From NCBI GenBank assembly GCA_010909165.1, contig VJWM01000025.1, forward strand, positions 496,001 through 560,000: a stretch of DNA of 64,000 nucleotides, read 5' to 3'. Under the pieces are notes generated by a model. It was given only the letters and a program-made list of their open reading frames with translations, was not told the origin of the DNA and ran no database searches. Position numbers and translations under genes: made by a program. Position 1 is the stretch's first letter, and each line of letters opens with the position of its first letter. The stretch comes from Anthoceros angustus (lineage: Eukaryota > Plantae > Anthocerotophyta). Below are positions 1-12,599 of the stretch, one piece after another.

Positions 1-1732
1 GTATGCATGGGCGGGCCAAGAGCCAAGCACCGCCTCCTTCCTGCAACAAGAGCGAGCCGCACTCACAAGTGAGGCGAAGAAGCCACGGTGGAGTAGGCCG
101 AGGCGGAATCGCATCGCGATGGTGAAGGTGGTTGGTGCGATGTGAAATCCCGTATGCATGGGCGTAGCCAAGCACTGCTCCCTTCCCGAACAAAAGCGGG
201 CTCTAGTGGACACAGAGATGGAGGGTCTGGAGGAATGAAAAGCTGGCGGCGCTTCTCGGCGAGATGCACGCAATCCCTAAAGCCATCGATGATAAATGTA
301 GAAAGGAGGAAGTCCTTAGAGCATCTGCGATAACATGTCTCGCTGCCTCAAGGGCGATTGGAGAGAAGGTTCCCTCCTCCACACTTGATACGAGATCCTC
401 GAGAAAGGGCTTGTCATGGAGGATGAAGCAGGAAGCCAAGGCGGGCGGAGAGGGCCCAACTCCCAAGAAAGCCGCGGGAAGAGACCTCGATGAGGCAGTC
501 CTCGCCTCCAAATTGCAGGCGGGGATGCTTGCAGTGAGCAGTCGCCCAGGGCACTCAAAAGCCCCTGAGCCCAAGATGTCCCCAAGAGTATCCATAATCT
601 TCGTATCAAACCCGGGCCGGGACAAAGGGCCGGAGGCGGAGGCGGCCTCTGAATGAGGTACCAGGCGCCTAGCAAAAGCAGAAGGAAAGGATTCCAAAGG
701 CCACCCGAGCATCCTCCAAAGAAAGGGAGGTCTTCAATATGGGAGAGGTCCTCTGCAAGGGCCTTGTCCAGAAGCTCCCAATGAAGTCGGGGAACCAAAG
801 GGACCCCAAGAATCCATGAGACCAAGAGCCGAGCAATCTCCCAGCAGAAACCGCAGAGTAGGCGGGGATCCCGACGAGACCAACGCTGCACTTGGACATC
901 TTGACCTTCAAGCCCACCAACGAAAGCTCTAAGAGAATATCTCAAAGGCCTCCTTGACTTTGTCCCTGTGCCCGAGGATGTGAGAATCGCCGTTGAAGAG
1001 CAATAGCGAAGGGAAGACACGGTCAGCGGAGGCGGAGAGGGCGGCCCTAGGCAGGCCCTATAGTGAGCAATAGCGAAGAGAGCACCGCCTAGCGGGTCGC
1101 CTTGCACAGTACATGTGGCCGATTCAAGGCGGAGGCGAAACACGAAGAGGCGTTCTTGTCTTTGGTAGTAGAGGTTGGAGGACCTCCCGTAGAAGCACCG
1201 GACAAAGGGTATAAGACTCCCTAGGATGACGCCCAAGATCCCTAAGCTCCTCAAAGATGACGCTCCGGGAAATGGTATTGAAGGCGTTCTCGACATCCAC
1301 CTGTAAGACTACCCAATCCGGGTGGGTATCAAGGCAAGCTTTCACCCCTAGCACCACAGACTCGCAGCCCCCCGGAGTGGCAATGCCAAATTGAAGGGGT
1401 TGAAGTCTTCTTTGGAGAAGGGAGCGCACCGCAGATATAGTGCGGCCGAGTAGCCGCATGAAGGCCTCCCAACCGCGAGTGGGCGCCGAGCAGGCGAGCT
1501 TGTCCATAGCGACAAGCCTACTAGCCGCAAGAACAAACAACCGGTGAGGCATCTCTCCACGAGCCACCGCAGCAGCCAGAGAAAAGAGCTCTGGAAAGCT
1601 GCTAGATGGATCTTCGGGGAGAAAGAGGTCCCTAAGGTGTTCGAACACCATTCCCGACAAACCGGCAGATGAAAGACGAGGGGTTGTGGAGAGAGCCAGA
1701 GCAAAAGCCGCCCGGTCCAGGGAGAAGGGAAT
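1..1732 (-). mobile_element. Non-LTR retrotransposon, CRE-like (early-branching) reverse transcriptase; 5'-truncated, frameshifted, runs off window start
   Basis: Minus-strand pieces (1124-1660, 316-1296, 203-712, 63-269) give SSAGLSGMVFEHL...QFGIATPGGCE...VLQVDVENAFNTISR...QGDPLGGALF...GSSAWLR. This is the motif order of CRE-type RTs. No LTRs. Confidence 0.75.
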
Positions 1733-2363
1733 AATTTAATGGAAGATATATGCTTGTGGGGGTATAGGCTTAGTGGCATGCCAACACTAGTGAGAACGAG
1801 GCAATGAAGGAACTTGGTTGCCTGAAGTTATGAAAGGACTGTGATGGTTCCCAGCCTAGACAAGAGCACTTCTGGTTAGTGGCAATAGTTCACAGTACAA
1901 AGTTCCTAATCAATATCTCAAAGAGAGAAGAAACAGGTGTGGTAGAGTTAGCTTTTTCATCTATAACAAGGGTCAGCACATGAGATGTAAATGACTAGAC
2001 TCTAGGAGCCAATGCAATCTAATGAGTAGACTCTGTTGCACCCAGGAATTGTGGTGCACACATACAGTTGGGAATTGGGGTGGACACATAGAGACAGTTT
2101 AGGCAGTAGCGCCACGGCCAAAGTGTCAACCGATTGCGACCTGTGATCAGGATCATGTGACATTTTGTATTTTGCTGCCGCGTAGCCATATGCGAAAAGT
2201 AACTCTCATCCGAGACTTGTAAACAAGGAAATTCGCCAGGGGTCTATTCTGACGGACAGTTTTGGCTAGTGGCAAGGAAGGGTGATTTTTTTTACTCTTG
2301 ATGTCGTGTGAAATGAAACAGGCAAAGGCAAATGGAGTAGGTCCAGTTGTTCCGACTCTCAAA

Positions 2364-3495
2364 TGACATCCTCTCCCGAGTATCAACATATGCATGCAGC
2401 TGAGTATTAGCAGATGTAAGAAGAAAAGAAGCAAGCATAGTGGTGTGAACTTCTATCAAAGTGCGTCAGAATTCTCGGAATTAATCCACCAACAAGTAGG
2501 CTATTTATAGATGCGTCCCCAGTCTAAGTGAACTTCTATCCCCCCGCCCCCCCAGCTGCTAGAGGAAGCTGCAGCATGAAAAGAGAATCAATGCCAACAT
2601 GACATAAACATGTTGTCAACCTCACTCAAAAGTACTTGAGTATGAGCGCAGGCACTTAGGACAGTACCACAATTGATCAGGAACTGTCTCCAATGGTGGA
2701 TCTAAACAGAATAAATGGAATCATCCATTGCATCCATCGCATAATAACATAAGCTCAGCATCATCAATATGCGAGCACACCTGGCATGGATAATCCGGAG
2801 GTGGAATCCAGTCTGCTATAATCACTGTAGGATCCAGGTTAGGCAAATGGCAAGGAGCCCAATTCTTCATATTGTCCTTAATAGTCCTACCATCAGCGCC
2901 CTGAAGCAGCAAAATGCCGTTGTTGCGTATTTCCTTAATTCGTAGGCGTGACGACTAGTGCTGGTGTCCACTGTATCTTCTGTCTGCTTCTGAAGATACA
3001 AAAATTCGCCTACCTGAAACTTCTTGAGTTTGGGTCGAAAACTGCCATTGCGAGTGTGAACGTACCTTAAGGTATCTCGATGCTGTGCAATACGCAAGTT
3101 AGCCATAGCCATGGGCATAACCTGTCGAAATAGCGCAGCCCGCTCACCAATGACACGCACGCACTCAGCTGGGTTGTCCAACGCGACAGCAGTATGCATC
3201 TACTTAGCGATGGCACTAGGTGGCACAAGTTCCCTACCAAAGAGCAGAAAGTAAGGAGAAAAATGCGCAAGTGCAGCATGTTCACTCAAGCGATACCCCA
3301 TAGCAATATAGGGCAGCATAAGATCCCAGGCCGTTTTGGAGGTCTGTAAACATAGCTTACGTAAACCCTTCTTGATAGTCTGCACCATACGCTCTGCAAG
3401 TCCATCGGCTTGAGGGTGATCCCAGCTAGTCCGACGATGATCATCAAAGCAGAGTCTAACAGATCCTGAAATTCCCCACGAAATTCAGAGCATTG
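2364..3495 (-). mobile_element. Ty3/gypsy 3' fragment: integrase core/C-terminus, PHD finger, PPT and putative short 3' LTR
   Basis: SEFRGEFQDLL...HPQADGLAERMVQTIKKGL...W..LPYIAMGYR...FSPYFLLFGRE...AQHRDTLRY...FQVGEFLYL, then the PHD. G-rich PPT at ~2540-2553. TATA-containing segment 2364-2540 ends TGTCA on the minus strand (LTR limits tentative). Confidence 0.85.
2648..2790 (-). other. PHD finger (C4-H-C3) at the integrase C-terminus, one in-frame TGA
   Basis: Manual translation: [45 protein letters not shown]. Confidence 0.9.
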
Positions 3496-4451
3496 AGAGA
3501 CACAAACGTCACAGAGTCCAGCACAGCAATGCCCTCTTCTTCCATGGCATTGTGGAGATGAAGGGCTTCCTGCCCCATGGCCCGCTATGAATATCCTGCA
3601 ATCAGGGCAGTCCACGTCACTACAGTCTTTTCGCCAAGTCCATCAAAAACACTCTGAGCATCCTCCAAGCTGCCACACTTCGCATACATGTCCACCAAGC
3701 CACTACAAACAAACAAGTCACGCTCAACTCCACTGGCCAACACATCGGCATGCACCTGCTGCCCAGACTTCAAGTCCGATCCCCTTGCACAAGCCTGAAG
3801 GGCTGCCACAAACACATGCCCATCAGGCTTCACACTGGACCTCCGCATCCGATGATAGAGCTCTATGGCCTGCTTGTCCTGTCCATGTTTAACATGCGCA
3901 GAAATGATGGCAGACCAAGTGAAGGCATCTGGTTTGGCAACCACTTGAAACACATCCATCGCACCTTGCAACCTGCCATGTGAAGCATACATCCGCAGGA
4001 TGTGATTGCAAAGGAACGTGTCCGACAGGTACCCCATTCTCACCACGAAAGCATGGACGCGGCTCCCCAGGGCAAGATTCTTCTCCACCAGACATCTCTT
4101 CAGCACTGTGTTTACTAGAGTCCTGGAAGTGGTGCAGTCTGCCTGCACCAAAGCTTCCAAAGCGTCAACAGCATCCGTGAGGCGGCCCTCATGACACAGC
4201 GTGCTCACGGTTTCAGCTGTAACGGCCTGGTCGGCCCCGAGCCCTGCTAGGTTTACAGAAGGAGGGATCCGCCGTCCCTCACTGGAAGATCCGTCGTCAA
4301 CCAGAAATCCTGCGGGAGAGGCTGGCTTGTTTGCCATGCTGTAGGCCCTCCCGACTTGCTTGTGCACCAACCGTGGCTTCCTAGAAGTCAGGCAAGCGAC
4401 AGCTCTTCCTACAATACCCGTAATCCCGCCACCCATGGCCAACGGATACAA
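3496..4451 (-). pseudogene. 5' half of PLS-class PPR gene (copy of P1), cut off by the gypsy integrase fragment
   Basis: ORF 3585-4451 has a transit-peptide-like N-terminus and L-S-P-L-S-P repeats, almost identical to 27874-28830. It abuts integrase sequence at ~3495. Confidence 0.9.
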
Positions 4452-4769
4452 GCCCCGAGCTCATTACGAGCACTACCTGGAATATCATGCCTTCTCCTCC
4501 TCAACCCCGGAATCTCATTCATATCATGCCTACGCATCAACCACCCGATGCAGCAAAGGCGATGCGCCTTGCGATCTCTCCCGTCGGATGAGACGTGAAA
4601 ACTACGAAAATCAAACGTGACGCGTACATGACCTACCTCAGCATTCATCCCAGTTATCCCGATTGCATCCCCAGAGAGGAGAGCTGGATTCTCTGCTGCC
4701 GTGCCCCGGCCTGTTCTCCTCGACAACATAGCAACCAACACAGATCCGCAGACCAATTACAGATGAATC

Positions 4770-7380
4770 TCAGAAGTGCTGGACTCCATGGGATGCTCCC
4801 TCTCATCCCCCCCAAACCAAAAAGCTATGCACCAGGTCCACCTTGTCTGTCCGCCAGCTCTGAGCTGGCTGCTTCCATGCTCTCATTCTTTTTTTCCTCG
4901 CCTGCATCTCCTCCGCCTGCTCCCACATCTGGACAGCTGTGTATGTGTTGGTCAACACATATGTTGCAGCATCTTTGCCCTCTAGCTTTACTGATTTGTT
5001 GAAAGCAAGAAGTCCCACCTCGACATCGCTCCATTTTCGACACGCACCTAACAGAGTGTGCCAAACTGCAGCAGAAGGCGGTACAGGCATCGATCTCACC
5101 AAAGCCAGTGCCTCGCTCACGGCCTCAAAGTATTCCCACGCCTTCCTCACTAGTCCAGGTGGGGACATTCCTTTCAGGCGATTCATCAAACACCTTCTGA
5201 TGCTCCAGCACTTTCCACATATGCTAATCAAACTGCCTGCAATACACAAGTCGGCCTGAAGCCCTAACTCTACAATCTACGCATGCAGCTGCCTTCCCGA
5301 ATGCAAAGCTGCCACACGCACATGCCTCCGGGAGGCAGACAAATGTCACGGAATCGGGTACAGCCATGCCATCTTCCTGCATAGCACGGTGGACATGAAG
5401 GGCTTCCTGGCCCATGCCCTGCTGGGAATACCCTGCTATCATGGCAGTCCACGTCCCCACACTTTTTTGGCCAAGTCTGTCAAACACTTTCTGAGAATCT
5501 TCCAAGCTGCTGCACTTTGCATAAATGTTCACCAAACTGCTGGCTACAAACACATCAGCTTCATGTCCTTGTTTTCTAATCTGTGTATGCAGGTGCTTTC
5601 CCTTCTGCAACGCCGGGCTGCCCACACTTGCACATGCATGCAGAAGACACACAAATGTCACTGCACTGGGTTCAGCCATGCCTTCTCCTTGCATAGCACC
5701 ATACAGAGAAAGGACTTCCTGGCCCATGCCCTGCTGAGAATATCCTGCTATCATGGCAGACCACGTGACCACATCTTCATAACCAAGTCCATCAAACACT
5801 GATTGTGCATCTTCCAAGCTGCCACACTTTGAACACATGTTCACCAAATTGTTGGCCACAAAAGCATCACCTTCGAGCTCTCCTTCTCTAATCTGCGCAT
5901 GAAGATCCTTCCCCTTCACCAATGCCCGGGTACCCACACTTGCACATGCCTGCAGGAGACACACAAACGTCATACAATTGGGTGCAGCCATGCCTCCTCG
6001 TTGCATGGCACTGAGAGATGAAGGACTTTCTGCCCCATACCATGCTGGGAATACCCCGCTATCAAGGCATTCCATGTTACCACATTGTTTTGAGCAAGTC
6101 CATCAAAGACTCCCTGAGAATCCTCCAAGCTGCCACACTTTGAATACATATTCACAAGACTGCTGCCTACAAACACATCAGCTTCAGGTGCTCGTTCCCG
6201 AATTTCCGCATGCAGCTGCTTCCCTTCTCCAGGGCTGCAGTGCCCAAACTTGTAGGAGGCACACATATATCATGGAATCAGGTACAGCCCTGCCGTCTTC
6301 TTGCATAGCCCTGTAGGGATGAAGAGCCTCCTGGCCCATGCCCTGCTGGGAATACCCTGCTATCATGGCATTCCATGTCACCACATCCTTCCGACCAAAC
6401 CCATTGAACACTCTCTGGGCATCCTCTAAGCTGCCACACTTCGTATACTGACCAAACTGTTGGCTACGAATGACAGCAGATTCATATCCTCGTTCCCTAA
6501 GTTGTGCATGAGGATGCTTCCCCTTCTCCAACGCCTGGGTGCTCACACTTGCACACGCCTGCAGGAGACACAAAAACGTCACAGAACCAGGTGCTACGAT
6601 GCCTTCATACTGCATAGCACTGTGGAGACGAAGGGCCTCATCCCGCATGCCCCGTTGGGAATACCCTCCTATCATGGCATTCCAGGTTACTATATCTTTG
6701 TGACCAAGTCCTTCAAAAAGTCTCTGCGCATTCTCCAGCTGCCACACTTTGCATACATGTCCGCCAGGCCTGCTTGTCTTCTCCATGTTTTAACATGCGC
6801 AGAGATGATGGCAGCCCACGTGAAGGCATCTGGATTGGACACCAGCTCAAACCCATCCCTCTCGTCTTGCAACCTGCCATGAGAAGCATACATCGCAGGA
6901 TGTGGAAGCCCAGGAACGTGTTTGACTGGTACCCGTTTCTCACAGCGAAAGCATGGACCCGGCTACCCAGAACAAGATCCCTGTTTACCACACATTTCTT
7001 CAGCACAGTGTAAAGGAGAGATTTTGGAATACGACGGTCTGTCTGCACCATAGGTTCCAGGGACTCGACGGCCTGACTGAGATCAACATCATGACATAGC
7101 TTGCTCACGGATTCAGCAGAAATGCCCCCATCGTCACGTGCAGGGCAACGACCCATTCCCCGCTTGCGCGCATCAGCCCAAGCTGGCTGGTGCAAACTGC
7201 TTAACCAGAGGACATCTTGTCACTGCCTATTCCAGCCGGAACATCCACCTGGACGGGCTGGCTCCCTTACAGAGGTGCTGCAACCACCGAGTCCCACTGC
7301 CAGCACTTGTCTCCTTGAAGTCAGGCCAGCAGCAGATCTTCCTACAGCCCCTCAACCCACAACTTCGTTGGGTGCACATA
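4770..7380 (-). pseudogene. PLS-E+ PPR pseudogene P2 (copy A)
   Basis: PLS repeats split over ORFs 6713-7195, 6690-6893, 6184-6786, 5970-6266, 5224-6075 and 4803-5249. Internal deletions in P2/L2/S2. Ends E1-E2-KQPAQSWRTD...HSFLV. Most lesions are shared with copy A'. Confidence 0.85.
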
Positions 7381-8032
7381 AGCTGTGGCAACAACGGGTC
7401 CCTTGCCCTCTGCGTGACTCCAACGCCACGCTCCGGACAACCATGGTTCACAGGAGCACAGGGTGCGCCTGTGGAAGCAGCAGGAGGCTGCCAGGAGTTG
7501 TGCATCCTTGCTTGCTTCACAGGATTTCGGTTGCTGGCAATATTTCAGAATCCGGGAGTTTTCCTTGTTTTCTCACCTACAAGATGGCCTATACCAGACA
7601 GGCCCCATTACGGAGAAGGCACATCAGACAAGATCTCTTGCCATGCTCCATTCGCATTGGCAGTGCACTGGAAACACAAGTTCCTCCATAACACTCCCTG
7701 TCCGAGCATCTTCTGCAAACTTGGCAGAGAATGATGGTGAAAAAAGGATCACGTTATGGGTAATGGAAGGCTATTTTTCTACCGGAGTTCAGAGTCCTCG
7801 AAGGGCAAGCCCCAAAGGCATGGTGCTTCAATACACACCTAACGTGGTCAGAGATGGTGTGAAGCTGCACCGTTGTTACCGTGGAATCCATGACAATGAA
7901 ACTACATGTCCAAGCTACAGCAACAGTGTCCCGATGCTAAAGCACAAGCCAAACATGTAGAATATTCGCTAGTGCAATCCCTCCAGGGATAATCTCTGAG
8001 AACAAAGGGAAGAACAGAAGGGGTTCATCTCA

Positions 8033-8860
8033 TCAGTACAGGGGCTCCTCAGGATCCATCACACACCCAGGGTCAGGGTCCACCACACATCCAGGGTTAG
8101 CCTCCGAGTTCTTAAGAGTTTCATCCACCTTGCTTTCTTCTTCTGGAAAAGCAACGCTAGCTCGAAGACCTTTTTGTTCGTGATACGCCCTCTTCCAGAT
8201 GTCTGCCATTTCAGTCCAGTACTTGTGGCGAGCCTTGGCGCGATGCATCCGAGCTAGATACTTGTGCTCCCGCAAGGGCGGCCATGGGGTCACCGGACCA
8301 CTTGAGGGGACATGGGGACACCAGAGCACTTGAGGGGCCAGTGGGTGGTAACAAGCTGTGGGACCCCGAAGGCCAGGAACTACGATTCACAAGGCCATCG
8401 AATTTGTGGTAGACAAGCGTCCACCAAGCATGTCCCCACTCAAGATTGAACCTGGTGTGCGCATGCACGACTGCAGATGCTACCAGAGGACTAGTCCACC
8501 ATATAAAGGGGTCTCTGTGGAGGAATTGAAGATGACCAAATGGTCACCTCCAACACAAAGGGTCACTGAGTCACGTTCAGTGGTGGAAGGGCCCTGCCGT
8601 CAATGATCATCCACTGGTCGATCAACCTTAACGCTGAGCACTGTGAGATATTGTGCAGTGTAGTTTGTGCAGGAGCACCCGGTGTACGTGCAAGCAAGCT
8701 TAGCGTCTCCTTCCGCACAAAGTCGCGACCCGAATGAGCCCCTGGGCTGGGGCCTTGCACCTCACAATTACGCAGAACACACGCATGAGGCCGATCGAGG
8801 CCACTATATCCTCAACATGGCCATGATTTTCTCCATACGTTTCTGCCGCCCACCTCACTT
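8033..8860 (-). pseudogene. ORF-X relic, uncharacterised, possibly from a transposon accessory (TnpA/Transposase_24-like) protein
   Basis: Frameshifted minus-strand ORFs ending ...KYLARMHRAKARHKYWTEMADIWKRAYHEQ...DPEEPLY*. Motif W..DPM.LREQILADLEAEFP (complete in copy A') aligns with ORF 12802-13122. Confidence 0.35.
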
Positions 8861-9121
8861 CTGAGCAGGAGGGAAAAGAAGATTTTGAACCTCTAACACG
8901 ACCTCGAATAGATGTACATAGGTGCAGAGCACAAGCTTGCGCACAGGCTAATTCCCGCCGTTGTGATCCGGAAGGAAAGGGTCATACATCTGATGCCAAA
9001 GATCAATAAAAAGTCTGCAAGCTTCCGTCCAAAATTTATGGCCAGCCTAGCGCTCACTATGCATGTGGTCTACGGAAGAAAGCTCGCGAACTGTACTGAT
9101 ACGTGACTTCCTAAACTAGCC

Positions 9122-10404
9122 TTAATTCCAGCTGCCGAACTCCAGCCACGGATTCAGGCAGTGAAGGCTCTGCGTCACAAAACGCTTGTAGGGCCAGGAG
9201 GAAGCCACCTCCAAGCCCCGGGTGTTCGTCGCAAATCGACAGCCATTATCTTATCGAGCCCCTCTCGCTTGATGTATACTTGCGAATCCTGCCCCCACGA
9301 CCTTGATATCGATGTCCAGGTGGCTCGGGAAACGTCTGCCATGGAAACGAGGAAGCATGGAAGCGGGCATGGTGTCCAGCACCGTCCAGGCCATGCTCGC
9401 GAAATCCATCTCCCAGATCTGCACAACAACTCCTTCCCCAGGACTACGCATAAGAACCGGGCCGTGGAAGATGTCCTCACCTAGGACCACGCATAGCAGC
9501 CGGTCGCGCACGTTGATGAGGTTGCACTGCGCGATGTGGAAACGGAGGCGTGGACACGGCCATCCATTTCCAGCTGGCCCGCTCCAGGTCGTACGCCAGC
9601 AAATTGTAGTTCTCGGTGATGCAGTACAGCACGGACCTCACAAACACCGTCTGCGCCTGCGATCCCTCACCACGCAGGCTTCTGTCAAACACCTCGTTCA
9701 GGGGCAAGGCGGTGGTAGTCACACTCCAGCTGCCCACCGCGGAATCGAACACGAAGGTGGGCACGGGTCTGCGCATGTCCATGTTATCCATCTTGTTGCG
9801 TGTATCTTTGATGGCCACCAGCTTGAAGCAACGCGCCTTCACGTCAACGAACACGCCCAACACATCCTGGATCCACAGACCACCCGGGAGAGCCGGCAGC
9901 GAGGCCCAAGAGCGCGCCAACGGGTTGCCCAAGTGCGGGATGGTGACCACGTCCCGCGCCCCTGCGTACGCGCGCACCTTATTGTGGACAGCAGCAGGCC
10001 GCCGCCGCCCTTCCCGACCCCGCAGCGCCCTCCATCATTTCCGGAACAGGCTGTGAAGCGTGGTGTTGCACCCGTAGCGGGAGTGGGAGTTGGTACCAAC
10101 GGTTTGATCCAGGTCGTAGACGCCGGAGGAAGCAGGAGGAGGTGCTGAAGCCTACTACCAAGAGCAGACAGTCCAGCGCTCCCGCTCGCAATTCCAAGCG
10201 CTCCCGCAACAAGGAGGGCGACACGGCGGCCGCATTCCAGGCTCTGCACACCGCGCGCGTCCGCAACAAGCTCACCAGTGGCAGCCGAGCCTGAATCATG
10301 GTCTCAACGTCTCTAGGCAGCTCCAAGTCGCTGGATACAACGAATTCGTCATCTGCATCTGCATCCATCTCGGGCCCTCGCACTCCGCCGTCTGCAATCA
10401 CCAT
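9122..10404 (-). CDS. F-box protein F1 with C-terminal beta-propeller-like region (copy A; frameshifts mostly at homopolymers)
   Basis: ELPRDVETMIQARLPLVSLLRTRAVCRAWN is an F-box motif. The protein is colinear with intact F2 through WRWLP(S)WPY...NPWLEFGS. Splice-acceptor-like tgttgtcctcag lies just upstream. Confidence 0.8.
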
Positions 10405-10484
10405 CACCAGGGACCCTCGCTCAGCCTCCGGATCCGCCTGAGGACAACACACATAGGCAGACCAACCTCTTAGACACTAGCTAT

Positions 10485-10890
10485 TGTGACAGGGTTGTAG
10501 GAGATAATACCCACATCACACGACAGTAATTCGATCACGGAATTGATATATTGAATCACTATATATAGGCTCTGAATTTGCTATCATCTCGAGGACTTTG
10601 CATTTAATCTCGATACATAGATCGATGGGCCGATCTATCCCTGCTTACAAAATTCACACTCTTATCAATCCCATCCCTTGAGATGATTGAATACATGAGC
10701 TGATCATGCTTGTCAGCGTGTGTGGTTGGGCTGATAATGTAGTCCAGTTGATGGGTGCACCAGACTTCATGTACAAATTAGATCAGAACGAGATGAGATC
10801 CAGATAGAGAAGGGGTAATCTCGCACAGAGACCACACACGAGGGAGGCCAGCATGCCCAGGTGAACAGGGGCGATTTCGACTCTAACCTA
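10485..10890. repeat. LTR-like dispersed repeat end (starts TGTGACA), also at 34620-34997 and partly at 22935-23020
   Basis: AT-rich with a TATA-like tatatatag. The ~90-bp core 'ggggtaatctcgcacagagaccacacacgagggaggccagcatgcccaggtgaac...gcgatttcgactctaa' recurs at 22935. Confidence 0.5.
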
Positions 10891-10904
10891 GGACATAACA
10901 AATT

Positions 10905-11420
10905 TACCCAAGCGGGCTGACATATTTGTAGGTCACAGTTTGATCAACATGTATGCGCAGTGTGGCACCTTGGACGATGCTCAGAGAGTGTTGGAAGAAG
11001 GCCCTCGTGACAAAGATGTTATTACATGGATTGCGGGATATTCCAAGCAGGGCATGGAGCAGGAAGCCCTTCGCCTCTACAGTGCTATGCAAGAAGAAGG
11101 CATGGCTACCCAACGCCGTTACATTTGCCTGCCTGCTACAGGCATGTGCAAATGTGGCAGCCTTGCATGTCAGAAGGCAGCTAAATGTAGAGATAGTTGA
11201 ACGAGGGCTTCAACATGATGTGCTTCTAGCTGGGAGTTTGATGAACATGTACGGAACGTCTGGTAGTGTATAGTTCTATTTGAGGCACAGCAAGTGTTCA
11301 AATCACTGCATGAAAGAGAGGCTTTCGTGTGGAATTCTCTGATTGCAGGCTACACCCGTCAAGGAAACATGATATGGTCTTCGATTTGGTTCACACAATG
11401 AAGGAAGACGGCTTACACGT
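10905..11420 (+). pseudogene. PLS PPR gene fragment (S-P-L-S-P2)
   Basis: INMYAQCGTLDDAQRVLE...IAGYSKQGMEQEALRLYSAMQEEG...PNAVTFACLLQACANVAAL...GSLMNMYG...WNSLIAGY, with stops and frameshifts. Confidence 0.85.
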
Positions 11421-11499
11421 CGTAGGCCTCGGCCTCGACTTCTGCAAGTGTGGAGCTGTATGCATGTGTGTTCCTAAGGATATCGATGCAAGTGTGGGT

Positions 11500-11815
11500 T
11501 TGCGCATATAGGAGCTGGATTTTTAGCGCATGGCCTTGACGGCCGTAGACGCCATGCCCACGCCCATGTTCACTCGCTTCCGGGAGCCAAGATGCTTGCC
11601 TCCAAGCCCTCGAAGATGTATTTTCTAGCAGGTCGTGGCTGGGCAAGACTTCCAACTGTACATGATGCACGAGGAACTAGACAAGATGGTGGCGGTCGAT
11701 TTGAGCGCAACACCTGGGGCCGGGGCTTGGAGGTGGCTTCCCTCCTGGCCCTACGAGCATTTTGTGTACAAGACCTTCACTATGTGGATCCTTGGCTCGA
11801 CTTGGGGAGCTGGAA
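11500..11815 (+). pseudogene. F-box gene C-terminal fragment (paralog of F1/F2)
   Basis: AVDAMP...VVAGQDFQLYMMHEELDKMVAVDLSATPGAGAWRWLPSWPYEHFVYK...VDPWLDLGS. Confidence 0.85.
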
Positions 11816-12288
11816 CCGAGTGTAGGAACATGTATCAGTTTAACTGTCCGCTGCCAGCAATATTTTGTAGACTCAGAGGCTGACCCTGGGATTCGGAGGC
11901 CCGCCTGAACTGATGTTCTCTGGTCTTCTTTCCATTTCAAGAGCTGCTGAGTCATTCTTGTAAGATGTTGCAATCTAATACTCTTTATGTTCTTCGCTTG
12001 GCAATCCAGATCTGATTCCCGCCTGTTTAGACATGACGATGTGACTGCACAGGAACGTGTCTGCCTTCTGGAACCCGTTCTTCACCGTAGTGCCAGCTAT
12101 GTTAACCAGGGTGCTGAGAACAGGACCTTTCTTCACCACACATTTATTCAGGACACACTAAAAGATCACGACGATCGGCCTGAGCAGCACCATAAGTTCC
12201 AAAGTTTCCTCGACTGTGCAGCAGCTGATCCAGGTGGCCCTTAAGACATACCTTGCTCACGGCCTTGCTCACGGCTCACGACATACGT

Positions 12289-12520
12289 GAGCCCGATTTG
12301 AGCCCGATTGGGCAGTCATCCTAGTCTAGTAAAAAAATAACAATCTTTGAGCCCGGTTGGGCAGTCGTCCTAGTCTAGTAAAAAAATAACAATCTTTGAG
12401 TGCGGTTGGGCAGTCATCCTAGTCTAGTAAAGCAATCGTCCTAGTTTAGTAAAAAAATAACAATCTTTGAGCCCAGTTGGGTAGTTCGTCCTAGTCTAGT
12501 AAAAGTCGTCCCAGTCTACC
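12289..12520. repeat. Minisatellite, ~59-bp unit (gagccc..ttgggcagtc.tcctagtctagtaaaaaaataacaatcttt), ~4 copies
   Basis: Tandem copies read directly from the sequence. Confidence 0.9.
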
Positions 12521-12599
12521 CGGGCGCCCGAATGTGTGGTCATCGCGCGAGACTCTCTCTGAACAATTATCATCATCCCAGAACTCATGCATCCTTTCC

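Larger units (their letters stand above)
3496..10863. repeat. Segmental direct duplication, copy A (PPR-P1 5' half, PPR-P2, ORF-X, F-box F1, LTR-like end)
   Basis: Near-identical to 27874-34997 from 'agagacacaaa' to 'cccaggtg', with scattered substitutions and copy-specific deletions. Confidence 0.95.

Noticed and set aside
3286-3615. ORF apparently fusing PPR and integrase sequence
   Set aside because: It reads the PPR part off-frame across a rearrangement junction; no support for a chimeric protein.
4803-4880. KQPAQSWRTD in P2 as a possible DYW:KP (U-to-C editing) signature
   Set aside because: It aligns residue for residue with KQPGQSWWTD of P1, so it is a decayed WW box in a pseudogene. 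No KPAxA motif or deaminase follows.
7101-7960. Long plus-strand ORFs (and other ORFs antisense to the PPR, F-box and pol genes)
   Set aside because: No recognisable motifs, frames differ between the two duplicates, and they are explained as shadow ORFs in GC-rich sequence.
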